A stretch of 20,975 bases of DNA from Fibrobacterota bacterium (lineage in GTDB: Bacteria > Fibrobacterota > Fibrobacteria > UBA11236), in contig JAYUVP010000032.1 in the NCBI GenBank assembly GCA_043753995.1, forward strand, positions 1 through 20,975. The letters run 5' to 3'. A program made the position numbers and the translations under genes. Below, in pieces: positions 1-8,020 of this stretch. The notes beneath the pieces are model-generated. The model had not been told where the DNA came from and ran no database searches. It saw nothing but the letters and a program-made list of their open reading frames with translations. How positions within the stretch are numbered: the stretch's first letter is position 1; the number at the start of each line of letters is the position of its first letter.

Positions 1-1490
1 CTTTTAAGCAACGCTATGCCTGTTTGTTTCAAGGAGTCGGCAACGGCTGGCGCCAGCCCATACTGAGCCGCAGTCTGATGATTGCCGACTATCAGTTTGA
101 CAAGACCGTATTGAGTTAATGCGTAGTTATTTTCATAATCCGTGGGCCATCCGGCGTAAAATGGCGAGTTTCCCAATAAACCTGATGGAAATTCATCCTT
201 ATTAAAAACCGCACCGGGAGCATTTCCTAATGCTTTATTTTCAAGCAAATCAAACCGATAAGCCGGGTCTTTGGTCGCGAACCAAAGCGCAAGAGCCGCG
301 AGGGCCTCGTCGTCCTTGCTGGGCCCGCCGCCCGTGTAACAACAGGGATTCGTGGTTGATGTGCCGCGTCTTGCCATCACGATTTTGGTGTAAATGTCCT
401 TGGCGGCATTCAGGCATTCTTTAGCATAAGCAGGATTGAAGGGTTCCCAGCCCCAGGCAAAAAAGGCGAGTGCTGAAGCGAACATTCCGGCGACATTACT
501 ACCAATGCCAGCGGTGACAGGTCGGTCTGGGCCGCCTCGGCCCAGGGGTTGGGCTTCCTGATTTTCCGGTACGTCCCAATATTCATGATCCATGCCAGGC
601 CCGCTGCCCACGCTGTGATACATGTCACCTTTTGCAAGTAAACCATTGGTGACGCTGGCTTTGTATAGCTTGAGTATGTAGTCGGCGCCAACCTTGGCCT
701 CGAAAAGCACGTCCGGAATGCCATCGGTACCAAAGGGCAAGGTGTCATTGTAGGATGAGCCATAAAAATCCTCGCCTTTTTGCGGCCAATAAGCATAGGT
801 CAGGGCCAGCATCAAGGCAGCATACGCTTCCGTTTCTCCGTATTTGCCGTGATCGCCGCAGTCGTGCCAACCACCGGCTAAAGCGCCAGAAAAATTGGCG
901 CCCAAAGCACTGCCATCCTTTCGATGACAGGCTTTATGAAACCAGCTATTGGTCGGACCGCAGCGTTGTGCCCCAAAAAATTGCAGGGTGGTGGTAAAAA
1001 TGTGATTGTACACCATCGGATCGAGGGTAAAGGTGCTGGAAGTATCCGCACCCGAAACGATGAAATAGAGGCCTGGCGTTTTTAACGGGGAAAAGTCGGC
1101 CAAGGACAAGACTACGTTCGAATTTGGGCGCGTCAAGTTGTAAAGGGGATTGATGCTGTTGAAATAGCCATGGATGTCCAGGCCGCCTTCTCTAAAGGTT
1201 CCCTGGGGCGAGAGGCTACCCTGGTAAGCCATGGTGCGTGTGGCGGCGTCGATGACCTTGAAGTCGGTGGTTTTTGCATTCGCTACAAAGGCGCGTTTGC
1301 GACCGTCATCCGGCAAATAGCCCACTTGGTTCACCCGGATATTGCGGACCTTGAGATTCAGGGAATCCAAGTGCTGCCTGTCGCAAGTCGCGCAGGTTTT
1401 GTCGACCGGCACTTGAGCGTTTACCTCGACCAAGAAAAAGCCAGCAAGGGCAAGAAGAATCGGCAAGAAAGGACGAAAGGTGCGGCCCAT
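1..1490 (-). CDS. Glycoside hydrolase family 9 (endoglucanase) with signal peptide and CelD-type N-terminal Ig-like domain; 3' end lies outside the window
   Basis: Hand translation from ATG 1490 is open to position 1. It gives a signal peptide MGRTFRPFLPILLALAGFFLVEVNA, the Ig-like motif IRVNQVGYLP, and FFGAQRCG, GGWHDCGDHGKY (875-840), DGIPDVLFEAKVGADY, DHEYWDVPE and DDEALAALALWFAT. It is missing from the ORF track because no stop falls in the window. Confidence 0.93.
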   Translation of the reverse strand, partial: MGRTFRPFLPILLALAGFFLVEVNAQVPVDKTCATCDRQHLDSLNLKVRNIRVNQVGYLPDDGRKRAFVANAKTTDFKVIDAATRTMAYQGSLSPQGTFREGGLDIHGYFNSINPLYNLTRPNSNVVLSLADFSPLKTPGLYFIVSGADTSSTFTLDPMVYNHIFTTTLQFFGAQRCGPTNSWFHKACHRKDGSALGANFSGALAGGWHDCGDHGKYGETEAYAALMLALTYAYWPQKGEDFYGSSYNDTLPFGTDGIPDVLFEAKVGADYILKLYKASVTNGLLAKGDMYHSVGSGPGMDHEYWDVPENQEAQPLGRGGPDRPVTAGIGSNVAGMFASALAFFAWGWEPFNPAYAKECLNAAKDIYTKIVMARRGTSTTNPCCYTGGGPSKDDEALAALALWFATKDPAYRFDLLENKALGNAPGAVFNKDEFPSGLLGNSPFYAGWPTDYENNYALTQYGLVKLIVGNHQTAAQYGLAPAVADSLKQTGIALLK

Positions 1491-1679
1491 TTCCAAGATG
1501 CCGCCCCCAATTGCACATGGACTCACAGCAATAACCTCTTTCCACCCCAAGATTGAGCTTGGGGCTTGGTGTTCAAACGCGCCGTATTTGTTCTAGTATA
1601 GTGGACTTGGCCACGGTTATGGGCGATAATTCGCTCGTTTTGAGGGATTTTACTGAAATCCGAAGAACGCTGGATCTGT

Positions 1680-2165
1680 TTACCGGATCCAATGCCTAGC
1701 AATGGCGATGAATTCATCAGCCTGCACTTGCATCAATAGCGGATCTTGGGGGAATTGGCGCACCAACTGAATCATGGCCTTGGACCGCCATTGGCCGCCG
1801 GCAAGTAGGATGTTTCGCCATTTCTCATGGTCTTTAAGGGTCGAGGCGACTCCTAAGGCGATGGCGGCAAAGGCATCGGATTCGCCGGTTTGTGCGAACC
1901 AATATTGGCTATTGCCATAATCGCCTTCGCGACGATGAAGTATGGCGTGAATCAGATCGCAATCGATATTCCCTTCCTGAGCCTGCACCAATTCATGAGC
2001 TGCATTCCACTGATTCCACCAAAGGCGAATTAAGGCCTCCCAGGCTACACAACGTGGGCTGGGAATGTCTGCTTTCCGTTTTGCGATTTCCGCCTCAATT
2101 TCTTTAGAAATCTTTTGATCTCGCTTTTCTGTGTGGAGCAGGCTCGGCAGGGCCGTGCGGGGCAT
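1680..2165 (-). CDS. Conserved hypothetical helical protein
   Basis: Carries AHELVQ...HAILHRREGDYGNSQYWF, a motif I recognise from a widespread uncharacterised family. Start placed at ATG 2165 (MPRTALP); the track extends the ORF to 2246, so the start is uncertain. Confidence 0.75.
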   Translation of the reverse strand: MPRTALPSLLHTEKRDQKISKEIEAEIAKRKADIPSPRCVAWEALIRLWWNQWNAAHELVQAQEGNIDCDLIHAILHRREGDYGNSQYWFAQTGESDAFAAIALGVASTLKDHEKWRNILLAGGQWRSKAMIQLVRQFPQDPLLMQVQADEFIAIARHWIR

Positions 2166-2314
2166 AAGAGAATGAAGAAATGTTTCACTTTTCACGAAAT
2201 GGATTCCTGTTTTTCGACTATTGTTTATCATCACAGGCGGAATCAAATTGACTATTACTGTGCCAGCGAAGTCCTTAGCTCCACGCCTGGTTTTTTTTGG
2301 AAAGAAGGTAGATC

Positions 2315-2641
2315 ATGGATATTCTCAAACGTTCAGCCTCGCTTCGCAAGAAGAAAAAGGGTGATACAGGCAAGCGTTATGGCCAAGGTGAGAAAAGGCG
2401 GATTTTGGAATTTGTCCAAAATCAAGGCCGAGGAGGCATCACGGCAGCCTGTAGGAAATTCGGTGTTTCCTATATCGCTTTGCGCCGTTGGATGAATGCC
2501 TCGGGCATTCCTTCCGGAAGAGGTGGAAAAACCTTGATGGCAAAGAAAACGGCAATGGGTATTCAAAAAGCCGTTCAAGAAGTCAAATCCTTGCGAAAAC
2601 AAATTACCGCCCTACATCGCCTGCTGCGCTCCATCGTGTAG
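2315..2641 (+). CDS. Small basic helix-turn-helix DNA-binding protein with C-terminal coiled coil (IS3 OrfA-like architecture, stand-alone)
   Basis: RYGQGEKRRILEFV...GGITAACRKFGVSYIALRRW forms an HTH pattern, followed by the heptad VQEVKSLRKQITAL. SD-like AGAAGGT precedes the ATG. Confidence 0.75.
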   Translation: MDILKRSASLRKKKKGDTGKRYGQGEKRRILEFVQNQGRGGITAACRKFGVSYIALRRWMNASGIPSGRGGKTLMAKKTAMGIQKAVQEVKSLRKQITALHRLLRSIV

Positions 2642-2727
2642 GGGGTGAACGTCTGACCTTTCCTTCTCTGAAGAGTCTCGCGGTCCTCGCTCGCTGCGCT
2701 CCCTGGGGAGCGATCCCTTTCTGAGAC
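2641..2727. repeat. GC-rich structured intergenic element between convergent genes, related in inverted orientation to 8065-8138
   Basis: Hairpin GCTCCC-TG-GGGAGC with outer arms GTCTC...GAGAC. Shares GGGGTG, CTCGCGG(G)TCCTCG and AGCGATC, in the same order, with the minus strand of 8065-8138. Confidence 0.4.
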
Positions 2728-2798
2728 GTGCACCGCTGTCCAGAGCGCATGCCGATATCCTTCTCGGGCCACCCTAGATTCGGGACAAAATGTCCGCT

Positions 2799-3473
2799 TC
2801 ACGCGCCATCTAAAAGGCAGCGAATCCCGACTTTGGCTTTTTTAATTCCCGGAGGCTGTTTAACCTCAAGGACGCCATGGGGACCAATCATATCGTAGTG
2901 GATATAATATTTTGCGGCTCTAGCTGTACTCGATCCCGCTTCCTCGGGGATCCAATAAATACCATGCCTTTCATTTCCAGACTGATACCACCCCTTTAAG
3001 CCAAAACCCGTTTCATCATTTGTTGCCCAATCTTCTGGTAATCCTGGTAAGTTCATGACACGTTCAAGCTCTAGCCATTCCGCCAGGGTAGGGAGGTGCC
3101 ATCCCGTAGGGCAAACCCCTTGTCGAAACCCGCTACTAGACCCCAACAAAGTCGTATCGAATTGCGAATCCACACCCATGGCTATGGACCAGGAATAGAG
3201 GCGCAGCGCGCATACTGACGTCGTGTCGGGACAAACGGATCCTGGAGCTTGGAAATTCAAATCCTGCTGCATCCAGGTCATTCCTTCGATGGTTAGGGTG
3301 CGATAAACCTGGCTATCCCGAGGATCCGTAATAGTTCCATAGGTCACAGGCACCGGTTCAGGATCGAGGTCAAAGCAACCGACCAGGAGCAGTCCTAGCA
3401 AACCGCATCCGCAGCGAAAAGCCGAAACCCAAGATGTTGAGTTGGTTCGGCTCCTTCCAGTTGTGCCATTCAT
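2799..3473 (-). CDS. FISUMP (Fibrobacter succinogenes major paralogous domain, TIGR02145-type) lipoprotein
   Basis: Lipobox LLVG-C; motifs YGTITDPRDSQVYRTLTI..MTWMQQDLNF, RLYSWSIAM, QGVCPTGWHLPTLAEW and C-terminal IRCL. SD AGGAG upstream of ATG 3473. Confidence 0.9.
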   Translation of the reverse strand: MNGTTGRSRTNSTSWVSAFRCGCGLLGLLLVGCFDLDPEPVPVTYGTITDPRDSQVYRTLTIEGMTWMQQDLNFQAPGSVCPDTTSVCALRLYSWSIAMGVDSQFDTTLLGSSSGFRQGVCPTGWHLPTLAEWLELERVMNLPGLPEDWATNDETGFGLKGWYQSGNERHGIYWIPEEAGSSTARAAKYYIHYDMIGPHGVLEVKQPPGIKKAKVGIRCLLDGA

Positions 3474-3515
3474 CGCGTCTCTCCTATATGGAACGGACTT
3501 CGGACATTGAAGCGA

Positions 3516-6500
3516 TCAGCGTCTTATAACGGTGCCAACCTGGTGCAGGCTACCATTATTCCCTTGCCAAACCGATCCGTCTTGGCGGATTTCTAGGCCT
3601 CCCAATGTTGAGAAGGTCTGTCCTTGAATATTGACGGTACCGTCTGCGTATTCATCATGGGCAAAATACCTGGTGACATGCGCGGATGTTTTGGCGTACC
3701 GAATAAGGATTTGGGCAGTAGAAGCGATGGCGCCCAATTCCGGATCAGCGACATTCAAGGTTTGCGTTCCAGAATGAAATTCGGGGCCGTATGTATTTGC
3801 AAATACATTCCAGTTGCCTCCATCACGCCCTAGCATTTCAGCACAGGTGTATCCAACATTGGCAAATGGGTAAGAGCAGAGTGTGGAGGGACCGGGACTC
3901 ATCGAGGAGGTGTTAAAGGTTGTAATAAGCGCCGAAAAGCCGTGAGACTGAGTAAACTCTCCTCGGTACCGACCTCGTAGCAATGTTAATGTAGGTGGTT
4001 CACCGTTTTGGTCATAGGTTAGAGTCGCTGAAGTTGGAGACACGCTAACGTTGCCGGGACCTACAGCGTTTGAAATGACCTGTACACGACTCATCGCTGC
4101 TGCATCAGCAAAGTGGAATGATTCTTCCCCGTAGAAATGGTTTAGTTGATCAATCATTACAAATTGACCATCCATATAGAAAATGGATCTGCGATTCTTT
4201 AGATTAGAGGAACAACCCCATGGCGTGCACGTCTGCCATTCATCACGCACCCAACTATGTGGTGCCCCAGTGAAATCAGTGCATTTCAAATTTGGATCGT
4301 GCTGCCACATATCAATGCAAGATTGAGCAGGACCTCCGACATAGTTAAAATATTGATTTGCAACGAGCCCCCGGAGCTGTGGAAATGCAGGCAAGTCATT
4401 CACCACCTTGGTGATAGTGCTCACCCCTCCCCCTGCAGAAGTCTCAGAAGGGTCAACCTGGAAATCATAGAACGTGGCAGCCATCCAACCCAAATCATAG
4501 ACCAAATTACCCCAGGCAGTCCAAGGGTTCACCCCACTTTCCAAATGCGATATCGCGCTCATTACATCACTAATATGGGTGGTGCCATTAGGCAAAACTA
4601 AATCGCCTACCAGGTCTCTAATCTGAAGCGTATTATGCTGTTGATATCTAGCGGTTGCCTTCCGTTTCGGAAACCCTCCGTATCCTGGATCAATGATGTA
4701 CGCATTTCCTCCACCCGTCCAAGAAATCGAACCATTATCTTGTTGATCATGTGCATACGCATATTGAAGCATCTGTCCTGACTCAGAAACCATGGACATT
4801 GTCCATGGATTTCCATCGAGACCAATCCCACCAATGATTCCAACACCATCAACGGCTCGTGCCTTTTCCGGTGAAGGCATGGGTAGCGAGTTCACCGGTG
4901 CCATTGAGGGTAGGCACAGAAACTCCAAGGGGGACACAGGGTCACGTTCTTGATTGACAAATCGCGAATCAAGGGTTGGCGAAGCCAGTTCGGCATAACC
5001 ATGAAGAAATGGCTTATGATTGGTTCCGTCATCCACTACAGCAATTTGTCCATTCGACATTCGAATATTCAAGAGCCATTCGCCTGATTTCCTGTAATTG
5101 GCAGGAATATCCGACAATGAAATCCAGCCTTCCCTGTAGGCGATATTGTACAATGGCAACAAGGTTTGGTTGATGTAGTCGAGATACCCCGTTCCCTCCG
5201 CATATCCACCATCACTGCCTAGCCGGTCATTCAAAAACTGGGAAAGTTTATTGAAACGCGTTGAGCTGCTATTCCCTGCTAGAAGCTCCCAAAACCCTAA
5301 CGCAGCTTCGCCCTTAATCGGAATATTATTTCCCTGCAATATGTCTCGAATAAACACATGGTAAGAAGCAAACTCTGCAACAAAAATCGACATATTGGCA
5401 AATTGATCTTTTTTCAAATCTTGATCCAACCAAAACAGCACATTTAGAGCAGTCAAATAGTCTACTGCAAAAAGGTATGCTTGATCGTATTGCTTCTTCC
5501 AATCTTGACTCGACATCAAATCGCTAAGATGTTTTGCACTAGAAATGCAATTCGCCGCACCAATTCCGCCCATGTCTGTAAGCAACTCGGGGTACCCAAA
5601 AAATTCCTTACAAGCAGTCGTTCCCCCGCCAGACGATCTCGTTAATTCAAGAATCATTTTCACAGGCTTTGTCACAGATTGATACACATATTCCGGAACG
5701 TTGCCTACGGCCAGACACCCCTTCATGGTTCTTGCAATGCGGTTAGTGATTTCCGCCCAAGCGAAAGTGAATGGCAGCACGTCCTTTAGCTGGTAGGTAA
5801 CACCATTATCATCCCTGATGGTTTGTCCAATTCTGGAGAACCGAGCGGGAAATTGAAGCTGAATCAGAAGTTGATTGGCCAAAAGTAAGTTTGCGTTTTT
5901 GCTTGCTATTTCAAACTTCCTACTCTCCGTCATGGTTTCTAAGATTGGGGTTAGATGATTTTCACGGTTGCCGATCCTATCTAATGCAAATAGCAGAATA
6001 TTTAACGAATTAATGCCATTTATCCAGCCGCTTGTTTGTCGGATACTTGAAGGAGCGGTTGCTGGGAAATATTTACCAAGATCTCCTTGTTTTCTCGTTA
6101 CAATATCCGAATTGCTATTCCCCTCTACGGCAGATCGAATAAAAGAAAGCGGAGTGGCAACAACAGTGTTAACAACGGGGCCGATGAGGTACTTGCATGA
6201 CAGGCCGGTGACAAAGTGATAGGTATCAGCAATACCATCCTTGATTACCCCAATTATTTTTCCAGCCCCACCGACCACTTTTACTGTAATTCGTATTGCG
6301 GCTTTCCACCAGCTAAATGAGTTCGTTTGCAAATACGCGAATCCATTTCTTATGCTGTCGATATGGGCGGATTGCCATGTGCCATTCAATGAGTTGTAAT
6401 GGCGAATGTCAAAAATCGAATCCATTTCATCCGCTCCCAGCCCCCGCAATTCAATGGGTATTGGAATGGCAATTTTTACCATTGCCCCAGAACGTAGATT

Positions 6501-7433
6501 TCCGTGTATTTTCCAAGTTGTCAATGCCTGGTATCCAATATCACTATTCACCTCGGTTGGCGCAATGTCACACCTCACATAGGTTGGTGCCATCCCATCG
6601 GTAAAGTCTCCTTGTCGAAATTCCAGATTTAAATCGTCCAACCCAGCGCTATTTTCAGAAAATTTGTACTCCAAAAACAATTTTCCATTCGCGCTCGTCT
6701 GAACTTGGGTTATAGGCGCTTCTTTTGGTGCGCGATTGGTTGCCCACCATTTGATTCTGACGCTTTTCTGTGACGAAAAGCTGAGTGCCATAGGAATGGT
6801 ATCCTCATAGCTGGGATCAATCTCGATTTCCTTGTAGTATCCAGACAGAGAAACAAAACTTCCTCCAAGCATTACCGTGCCGGATAATTCTCCGCCACCC
6901 ACGGGAGCAATCGAAAATATTAGCGCGTTATGATTCCAGGATGGTCGACCCGTAAGCATCACATCGGTTGACACCGTTGAGATTACCGTATCTTGATTAA
7001 ACTTTGGGTAAACAATTGACGCTGAAGGGGGTGAGTTCTGGGGAGGAACGGGAGGTGTCGAAACCGTTCCAGACGAAACGGCCCACCAAGTTGCCCAAAA
7101 AGAAGCCGAGCCACCTAACCTTTCAAAAACAACTTTTTGAGATTGCCCTGTTGGTCGCGGAATCGAAAATTGAAATGTCCACCCAGAATACGTCTGCTCA
7201 GTGCCATTCGTTCGAATTTTAAGATTCAACGGCTCTGAGCTTGTGGAATTAAACTGCACCATGATGGTGTCCCATGGCCAATCCGTTGGGAACCCGGATA
7301 TGGACAAGGTGTCGAGGGCGCTAAAGGTGCCCTGAGCCCTTGCGTTTACGCCTTGCAAAGGAAACGTTGCGGATTCTACCAGTTGGCAAAAAGGCAACAA
7401 TAGGAGTAGGAACCCAAGTAGGAACTTGTTCAT
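3516..7433 (-). CDS. Large secreted multidomain protein: signal peptide, two tandem Trp-rich domains, ZU5-like region, heparinase II/III-like (polysaccharide lyase-type) domain
   Basis: Uninterrupted ORF of about 1305 aa from ATG 7433 (MNKFLLGFLLLLLPFCQLVESA); alternative start 7448. Lyase-like motifs DGGYAEGTGYLDY, AHDQQDNGSISW, YIIDPGYGG and QHNTL. Confidence 0.8.
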   Translation of the reverse strand: MNKFLLGFLLLLLPFCQLVESATFPLQGVNARAQGTFSALDTLSISGFPTDWPWDTIMVQFNSTSSEPLNLKIRTNGTEQTYSGWTFQFSIPRPTGQSQKVVFERLGGSASFWATWWAVSSGTVSTPPVPPQNSPPSASIVYPKFNQDTVISTVSTDVMLTGRPSWNHNALIFSIAPVGGGELSGTVMLGGSFVSLSGYYKEIEIDPSYEDTIPMALSFSSQKSVRIKWWATNRAPKEAPITQVQTSANGKLFLEYKFSENSAGLDDLNLEFRQGDFTDGMAPTYVRCDIAPTEVNSDIGYQALTTWKIHGNLRSGAMVKIAIPIPIELRGLGADEMDSIFDIRHYNSLNGTWQSAHIDSIRNGFAYLQTNSFSWWKAAIRITVKVVGGAGKIIGVIKDGIADTYHFVTGLSCKYLIGPVVNTVVATPLSFIRSAVEGNSNSDIVTRKQGDLGKYFPATAPSSIRQTSGWINGINSLNILLFALDRIGNRENHLTPILETMTESRKFEIASKNANLLLANQLLIQLQFPARFSRIGQTIRDDNGVTYQLKDVLPFTFAWAEITNRIARTMKGCLAVGNVPEYVYQSVTKPVKMILELTRSSGGGTTACKEFFGYPELLTDMGGIGAANCISSAKHLSDLMSSQDWKKQYDQAYLFAVDYLTALNVLFWLDQDLKKDQFANMSIFVAEFASYHVFIRDILQGNNIPIKGEAALGFWELLAGNSSSTRFNKLSQFLNDRLGSDGGYAEGTGYLDYINQTLLPLYNIAYREGWISLSDIPANYRKSGEWLLNIRMSNGQIAVVDDGTNHKPFLHGYAELASPTLDSRFVNQERDPVSPLEFLCLPSMAPVNSLPMPSPEKARAVDGVGIIGGIGLDGNPWTMSMVSESGQMLQYAYAHDQQDNGSISWTGGGNAYIIDPGYGGFPKRKATARYQQHNTLQIRDLVGDLVLPNGTTHISDVMSAISHLESGVNPWTAWGNLVYDLGWMAATFYDFQVDPSETSAGGGVSTITKVVNDLPAFPQLRGLVANQYFNYVGGPAQSCIDMWQHDPNLKCTDFTGAPHSWVRDEWQTCTPWGCSSNLKNRRSIFYMDGQFVMIDQLNHFYGEESFHFADAAAMSRVQVISNAVGPGNVSVSPTSATLTYDQNGEPPTLTLLRGRYRGEFTQSHGFSALITTFNTSSMSPGPSTLCSYPFANVGYTCAEMLGRDGGNWNVFANTYGPEFHSGTQTLNVADPELGAIASTAQILIRYAKTSAHVTRYFAHDEYADGTVNIQGQTFSTLGGLEIRQDGSVWQGNNGSLHQVGTVIRR

Positions 7434-7495
7434 TCGGATGGCTTTCATCAAAAGAGTGCGGTTACAAGAAAATAGCGTTCTATATAATATAAAAA

Positions 7496-7523
7496 TATCA
7501 ACACTTGCGTGAGTTGTTGATTT
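7496..7523. promoter_or_regulatory. Inverted repeat with IHF-like half-sites in the AT-rich region upstream of the large ORF
   Basis: ATCAACA(7497-7503)-N11-TGTTGAT(7515-7521). Each arm partly matches the IHF consensus WATCAANNNNTTR. Confidence 0.3.
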
Positions 7524-7621
7524 CAATTTTGTTTGGCCATATTTTTGGAAAGTCCGAGGCTATTGTCCAACCTACATGGGACTGCGCCTGCATGAGTGCG
7601 CGGTGATTCACCGCGGTTCCT

Positions 7622-7840
7622 CCGACCTTTGCCGCCGCGACTTCGGGCTAGCTGCTCACCGGTCCCACGCACAAACGCAAGCCCGTGCTCATGTTCCTCG
7701 ATCCTGTTACAGGTCCGGAACCGAAAGGTTTTCTCTGCGCCCAACTTTGCGCCTTCAACCTGCACGCGACACGCCGAGTCACAGGGAACGACAAACGGGG
7801 AAAAGAAATATTGTGCCGCTTTATCTTGCGACCACCTTCG
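7622..7840 (+). pseudogene. Internal fragment of an IS91/ISCR-family rolling-circle (HUH) transposase
   Basis: Frame reads PTFAAATSG*LLTGP...LCAQLCAFNLHATRRVTGNDKRGKEILCRFILRPP, matching the ISCR/IS91 motif F(S/N)LHA....A.DR..LERLCRYI.RP. In-frame TAG at 7649-7651; conserved Tyr replaced by Phe (TTT, 7820-7822); similarity ends after RPP. Confidence 0.75.
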
Positions 7841-7884
7841 CGCCCCCAGGGAAATGCCGATCAACCAGGGGTACCGGGGGCGTT

Positions 7885-7904
7885 ACGGGGGCCTGGGCCC
7901 CCGT
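7885..7904. repeat. GC-rich hairpin
   Basis: ACGGGGGCC-TG-GGCCCCCGT, perfect 9-bp arms. Confidence 0.7.
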
Positions 7905-8020
7905 TGAGAGGGCAGGGCGAGACCCCGCAGTCGCTTTGTCTTTCTCTAGGGGTATGCCAATCCTTCCGAGCGCAAGCAGGGAAAGGCTCAACCGGACGGG
8001 ATTCTGCGCGGGACGGCTAA

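Noticed and set aside
230..1556. Short track ORFs 230-424, 410-796, 755-997, 1170-1556 and 1306-1545
   Set aside because: Shadow frames overlapping the motif-rich GH9 gene.
2641..2660. GGGGGTGAAC resembling a tmRNA 5' end or an IS91 GAAC target
   Set aside because: No tmRNA body or T-arm/CCA 3' end follows, and a tetranucleotide alone is uninformative.
7547..7560. GGAAAGTCCGAGGC resembling the RNase P RNA GAGGAAAGUCC motif
   Set aside because: The other conserved RNase P blocks, including the 3' CCCGGCUUA block, are absent, and the downstream DNA is better explained as a transposase relic.
7710..7720. CAGGTCCGGAA resembling the SRP RNA helix 8 motif
   Set aside because: Not followed by GGAAGCAG, and it lies in the transposase-like frame (TGPE).
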